From an uncultured Nitrospiraceae bacterium (GTDB lineage: Bacteria; Nitrospirota; Nitrospiria; Nitrospirales; Nitrospiraceae), in contig CAVPLT010000001.1 of the NCBI GenBank assembly GCA_963706325.1, forward strand, positions 288,001 to 352,000: DNA of 64,000 bases, read 5' to 3'. The notes under the pieces are model-generated. The model saw only the letters and a program-made list of their open reading frames with translations, ran no database searches and was not told the DNA's origin. A program made the position numbers and the translations under genes. This document shows, piece by piece, positions 59,210 to 64,000 of the stretch. How positions within the stretch are numbered: the stretch's first letter is position 1; each line of letters opens with the position of its first letter.

Positions 59210-59326
59210 GTCGGGTCCCTTTCATGGACATTGGATGCGAGCGGCTAATCGCCCTAACAATCGCGTGTAGGTTCAACACACGATTGGAGTTCCACTGCCG
59301 CAAATGGATATCCTCTCTGACGTGCC

Positions 59327-59587
59327 TCAATGGAAGGTGGAAGACGGGCAGCGTGAGAGACTTGGAACAGGCTTCAGTTCCGACAACAGAGAGGACATTC
59401 GCCGAACAACGCTCCCTTGAGTAGCCGTGATGCGGGCAGGTCGTGTCTCGCGTCTGTTGGCTCGCATCACCGGATCATCGATGCAGCCACAGTTCACGCA
59501 TCGCGTACTCGGCATTCTTTCTTGGACACCCTCTTTAGAAACCCACCAGTTCTGCATCAGCAAACCGCCACAGCGTCTACACAGCAT
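59327..59587 (-). CDS. small CxxC...CxxC zinc-ribbon protein
   Basis: MLCRRCGGL...RCVNCG..DDP; GAGGAGG RBS. Confidence 0.8.
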   Translation of the reverse strand: MLCRRCGGLLMQNWWVSKEGVQERMPSTRCVNCGCIDDPVMRANRRETRPARITATQGSVVRRMSSLLSELKPVPSLSRCPSSTFH

Positions 59588-60071
59588 GGTTGGTCCTCCT
59601 CATTCGGAGTCACAGTTCTCGGACACTTTCCACGAGATCGACGTCCTCATGCGTCTATTCTGGGCCGAAAGAGGCGAGGCGACTGATCAAAACGGACCAC
59701 TTCAGGAAATGTTGTCGAGAAAGACGAGCGAGCCATCAACCTCGGCAGAGAGCATTGAGTCATACATGATGGCATTACGAGGACTGCTGCGCACAACTCA
59801 TTCGATCACCCGAACGTTGATGATGTCCCTCCCCGAGAATGGGCGAGAGGTCATAGTCCAATCCATCATTTATCGCGTGTTTCATTGTCTGGCTCATACT
59901 TGGAGTCTTTGACGAAAGACAACTTCGCGATGCACAGGTGATCGGCCGAGCGTGACTCGTCTGTTGACTGTCAGGAGGACGGTGGCCATAACATGTGCGT
60001 GATATAAGGCAATGTATCGGGCAGGTAGCGAGGTAGTGCAGCAGTCTCTTCACCGGCCTACCAGGCAATCT

Positions 60072-60443
60072 TCAGTCCGTATCCAGGACTTCTTGGATGA
60101 CGGTCCGCAGTCCGTCCGGAGTCAGGGCTTCTTTGCGGATAAACGCACGAGCACCGGCAGTCAGAATGTCCGTTCTGATATCGTGAGTGATGTCGGCGGA
60201 CATGCCCACGACCACCGTGTCGGGTGAGAGACATCGAATCAGACGGGTGGCCTGGATGCCGTTCAGCTTTGGCATGTGAACATCCATGAGTACGACAGTA
60301 GGCCGGAGGGACTCGGCTAACTGCACCACAGCCTGCCCGTCGGCTGCCTCCCCCACGACCTTGACGGCACGCAGTCCGTGCAAGCCCGCCTCCAGGGTCC
60401 GCCTAATGAGGGCATCGTCATCAGCAATTATCACCGTGATCAT
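60072..60443 (-). CDS. stand-alone response regulator receiver (NarL-type REC, no HTH)
   Basis: IIADDD, VVGEAADG, VLMDVHMP.LNG, FIRK. Confidence 0.9.
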   Translation of the reverse strand: MITVIIADDDALIRRTLEAGLHGLRAVKVVGEAADGQAVVQLAESLRPTVVLMDVHMPKLNGIQATRLIRCLSPDTVVVGMSADITHDIRTDILTAGARAFIRKEALTPDGLRTVIQEVLDTD

Positions 60444-60826
60444 AATCTGTGTCCTCAGGACAACTCTCTTGAGCGATCCGTGAGTGGTAAGGATGGAACG
60501 GTGGTGCTATTGCCGCTACTGGGTGAAGCCCTTGAAGGGGCGGTCTGCCTATGCCACGGTGAACGAAGAATTATCAGTACGCCAGTGAGGACACCAGGAT
60601 CGAGGTGAAAAGACATTCATCACTGGAATGGAGCGAGTCGTCGTACAATTTAGTGGTCGGCCGCCGGCCACGGATCTGGACGGAATATGATCGCCTTAAA
60701 AGGGCTTCTCAACTTGTTGCTATCAGGAAATACGAAGTGAGATTGATTGCCTGAAAAGCCTTGCTAGAAGCTGATTTACGGATCCCCGAGTGTGATGGGT
60801 TCGTATTAAGACACATCGGCAATCGG

Positions 60827-60859
60827 GACCAAAACCGTGCCCAAAACCGTGACCAAACG
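60827..60859. repeat. 12-bp tandem direct repeats, integrase arm-site-like
   Basis: GACCAAAACCGT GCCCAAAACCGT GACCAAACG. Confidence 0.65.
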
Positions 60860-61515
60860 ATCTGCCTTCTTTCCAACTCCTTGGGTTGTAATCCCCCACC
60901 TTGGGTTCGCTTGGATTTTCGTCAAAGTAGTTACATGAGAACGGAGCTTCCCGTTCCATGTGCCGAGCCGCAACGGTCGCCTGAACAATCCGAGGGTGAT
61001 TTTTGGGCTAAGGATTTTGTTCCGTTCCTGATTTCACACTTGAAGTCACAATTAGACCAGACGGTGTCCGATTGGACAATTCAGGTTTTTGCAGAACATT
61101 TCTGAGGGAGACAGCCTCTCAGAGCCTTCCCCCTCGCACAGCCCTCGGCGCAAAAGCACTCAAGAAGCGGCGTTGATTGCAGCAGTGAAATATGAAAAAC
61201 TGGTGCGCTGTGTAGGCTGGCGGATGGTCACCGAGAGACAAGGTGTAGGCAGGATCACCGTTGGTGAGGTAGATCCAGACGACTACCATGCCGATACAAG
61301 GCGCTGCCGCAACGGTAATAGACCGACGATGTGTTGATCGATCTCGGCGGGCGCATCCATGAGCAAACAAACTGGAAGATTACCCAACCGAACAGCACCA
61401 TAGAGAAAGGTTTCAGTACCTATTTGACAAACTGGGGGACCTGTACCCTTTGAGGAGCGAAAATGAGTCACGGGATTTTGTATTCGCGTGGGAAGGGGGA
61501 ATAGTAAAAGTCGCT

Positions 61516-63084
61516 ATGCAAGTCCGGTTTTGGCCAGGAAATGTAACGGACGCTGGGTGCGTTCTGCTCGTCGGCCTTTTACTAGCAACCTGGTTCATAC
61601 CAGTCATGCCATTAGAGGCAAAAGGGGAAATCAACGCCATACAACGAGAAAATGCGCGCGCCGGGACATCGGCATGGCGTTTAACGAGCCCGGCATTGAA
61701 ACGTGAGATCGAAGGCTATGCCTCCCTCACCAGTGTAATTCGCGGACAGGAGATCGCGTTCTATATCCACACTCAGGAGAGTTCCTATAGCCTCACTGTC
61801 TACCGAATGGGCTGGTACGGTGGCGCCGGCGCGAGAGGGGTGTATGGTCCTGTGACCCTCCGAGGAGTATCGCAGCCGATGCCGTCGATGGATCCTCGGA
61901 CGGGGCTCGTCGAATGCGCATGGCAGGATCCGTATCGCCTGGTGGTCGGCGGAGAGAGTGATCAGGATGAATGGCTCAGCGGGATCTATCTCGCCAAATT
62001 GACCGCGGGCACCAGTGGCGCACAGGCGTATATCATTTTTGTCGTTCGGGATGAGCTACGTCCCTCTGACTTCCTATTCCAATCCAGCGTCACGACCTAC
62101 CAGGCCTATAATAATTGGGGCGGAAAATCGCTCTACGACTTCAACAGTGCGAGAGGGCGGGCCTACAAAGTGTCATTTAACCGGCCCTATGCGATCAGTA
62201 GCAACCCTGCCGCTGCTTATGGCAATGGCGCCGGAGACTTTTTGACCAACAATGCCGTGCCCCTTACGGATGCATCCTCACCGTCGGGTTGGGAATACAA
62301 TATGGTGCGATGGATGGAACGGCAGGGCTATGACGTCACCTATAGCACGAACATAGACACCCATGCGGATGCCGGGAGCCTGGAGCGCCATATGGGCTGG
62401 CTTTCGGTGGGACATGATGAGTATTGGACGTGGCAAATGCGCGCCCACGTTGAAGGCGCCAGGGACCGCGGAGTGCACCTCGGATTTTTCTCGGGCAACG
62501 TATGTTATTGGCAGATCCGGTTGGAACCGAGCGCCATCACGGGAGAGGCCGATCGCACCATGGTTTCGTACAAAGACGATGCGCCGATGCACGATCCCTA
62601 TGCTAGTGAAGAACTGGGGAAACGACATCTGATGACGGTGCGTTGGCGTGACCAACCAGTCAACCGGCCTGAGGAGTCGCTCATCGGTGTCATGTACGAC
62701 GGCAATCCCGTTGATGGCGATATTGTCATCACCACACCTGATCACTGGGCCATGAGCGGCACGGGGATTCGGGCAGGAGATAAACTCCCCCGCCTTCTGG
62801 GATATGAGGCCGACCGGGACTTTGGCCAGGCTCCGCCAGGCACCACAATTCTCGCCGAATCTCCCTATCTGTTTGAGGGTCACTCGCATGTGGCTCATAT
62901 GACAAGTTATACGCTAGCTAACGGAGCGACCGTGTTCGCGGCTGGTACGATTCAATGGAGCTGGGGGCTCGACGATTTCAATGTACCGCACCTACGAAAG
63001 TCCAGCCTCAATCCGAACGTGCAACGGATCACGGCGAATGTCCTTGCACGTTTTCGAGGAGATGCCGCATCCCCCGCTCGATAA
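61516..63084 (+). CDS. N,N-dimethylformamidase beta-subunit family (DUF6605-like) exported protein
   Basis: EN...GT..W, IEGYAS..SV, YRMGWYGG.GAR, TYQAYNNWGGKSLY, VSFNRP, SVGHDEYW, GYEAD, VFAAGTIQW. Confidence 0.88.
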   Translation: MQVRFWPGNVTDAGCVLLVGLLLATWFIPVMPLEAKGEINAIQRENARAGTSAWRLTSPALKREIEGYASLTSVIRGQEIAFYIHTQESSYSLTVYRMGWYGGAGARGVYGPVTLRGVSQPMPSMDPRTGLVECAWQDPYRLVVGGESDQDEWLSGIYLAKLTAGTSGAQAYIIFVVRDELRPSDFLFQSSVTTYQAYNNWGGKSLYDFNSARGRAYKVSFNRPYAISSNPAAAYGNGAGDFLTNNAVPLTDASSPSGWEYNMVRWMERQGYDVTYSTNIDTHADAGSLERHMGWLSVGHDEYWTWQMRAHVEGARDRGVHLGFFSGNVCYWQIRLEPSAITGEADRTMVSYKDDAPMHDPYASEELGKRHLMTVRWRDQPVNRPEESLIGVMYDGNPVDGDIVITTPDHWAMSGTGIRAGDKLPRLLGYEADRDFGQAPPGTTILAESPYLFEGHSHVAHMTSYTLANGATVFAAGTIQWSWGLDDFNVPHLRKSSLNPNVQRITANVLARFRGDAASPAR

Positions 63085-63115
63085 TACCGTGTAACGGGTC
63101 TCTCTCAGGGGGTTT

Positions 63116-64000
63116 ATGAAAATTGCCCAGGTGGTTCATCTCGGCGTGAGTGTCCCTCCCGAAAAATATGGTGGGACGGAACGAGTGGTGTACCATCTGA
63201 CAGAAGAACTGGTCCGCCTCGGTCACGACGTCACTTTGTTCGGCAGCGGCGATTCGATCACGAGCGCGAAGCTGGTACCGATGTGTGACCGTGCGCTGAG
63301 CCATACGCCGTCCATAAACCGGGATGCGATGTTGTTCCGCATGCTCGAATATGTCTGGAACGTCTCTCATGAGTTCGAGATCATCCATTCTCATTTGGAC
63401 TTCGTCGGATTTTCCTTCGCCCGCCGTTCCGAAGTCCCTATCATCACCACCTTGCATGGGTATCTAGGTGCACCGGAGTTGGCTGAGGTCTATCGGGAGT
63501 ACTGGGAGATCCCGCTCGTGTCCATTTCCTATTCGCAACGGGCGCCCTTCCCCTCCAATAATTGGAAGGCGAATGTCTACCACGGGCTCCCGACCGATCT
63601 GTATCAATTTCATCCGAGGTCAGAAGGATACCTGGCGTTCGTGGGGAGGATGTCGCCGGAGAAATCCCCGGATGTCGCGATCCGGATCGCGCAACAACTG
63701 CGCATGCCATTGCGGATGGCGGCCAAAGTGGACCCAGTGGACCAGGAATACTTCGACACCGAGATCGTGCCTCTCCTTGCAGATCCGCTGATCCAATTTA
63801 TCGGGGAGATCACGGATAGTGAGAAGGCCGAGTTTCTCGGGAATGCATGCGCGGCGCTCTGCCCCTATCGTCCCGAGTCATTCGGCTTGGTGCTGATCGA
63901 GGCGCTGGCCTGCGGCACTCCAGTCGTGACTTATCGCCATGGGTCGTTTCCCGAGATCATCGACCACGAATTAACAGGATTTCTCTGCACAAATGAGCAG
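63116..64000 (+). CDS. glycosyltransferase family 4, runs off the window edge
   Basis: Not in the ORF track. Manual translation gives MKIAQV...VPPEKYGGTERVV..L.EELV..GHDVTLF, GRMSPEK, ESFGLVLIEALACGTPV. Confidence 0.93.
   Translation, partial: MKIAQVVHLGVSVPPEKYGGTERVVYHLTEELVRLGHDVTLFGSGDSITSAKLVPMCDRALSHTPSINRDAMLFRMLEYVWNVSHEFEIIHSHLDFVGFSFARRSEVPIITTLHGYLGAPELAEVYREYWEIPLVSISYSQRAPFPSNNWKANVYHGLPTDLYQFHPRSEGYLAFVGRMSPEKSPDVAIRIAQQLRMPLRMAAKVDPVDQEYFDTEIVPLLADPLIQFIGEITDSEKAEFLGNACAALCPYRPESFGLVLIEALACGTPVVTYRHGSFPEIIDHELTGFLCTNEQ

Noticed and set aside
61100..61450. Short ORFs upstream of the DMFase-like gene
   Set aside because: Fragmentary, with no motifs or clear RBS; at most decayed sequence
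1..64000. CRISPR array, rRNA, intact tRNA, intact transposase or integrase
   Set aside because: No regularly spaced 25-40 bp repeats or full cloverleaf seen by eye; only tRNA 3' fragments; no DDE or recombinase ORFs in the track

Overview
GC-rich bacterial chromosome segment. Gene content (tandem HEAT-repeat genes, paired FGE-family genes, stand-alone PilZ genes, small CxxC proteins, short inverted-repeat elements) suggests a Nitrospira-like organism; this is an inference. Bases 1-56.2 kb are mostly core or conserved genes: a four-gene HEAT cluster, polA, nth, rpsU, ftcD, DsrE/TusA sulfur-carrier genes, a Rieske oxygenase, a CPA2 antiporter, hemD, tdh-kbl, an envelope cluster (DUF3015, DUF4105/Lnb-like, PEGA, TRL, OMP, alpha/beta hydrolase, MlaA), an ECF sigma operon, a 1589-aa TPR membrane protein and a glycosylglycerate-type compatible-solute locus. 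An AT-richer, frame-split AbiV/HEPN-like gene and two MITE-like elements interrupt this part. Bases 56.4-64 kb look like a decayed, nested genomic-island edge: three PilZ genes, tRNA-His and probable tRNA-Glu 3' fragments (att-like scars), arm-site-like repeats, an orphan small terminase, small regulators, a DMFase-beta-like protein and a GT4. No rRNA, intact tRNA, CRISPR array or intact integrase/transposase was seen. All family assignments come from motif recognition by eye, not from database searches.
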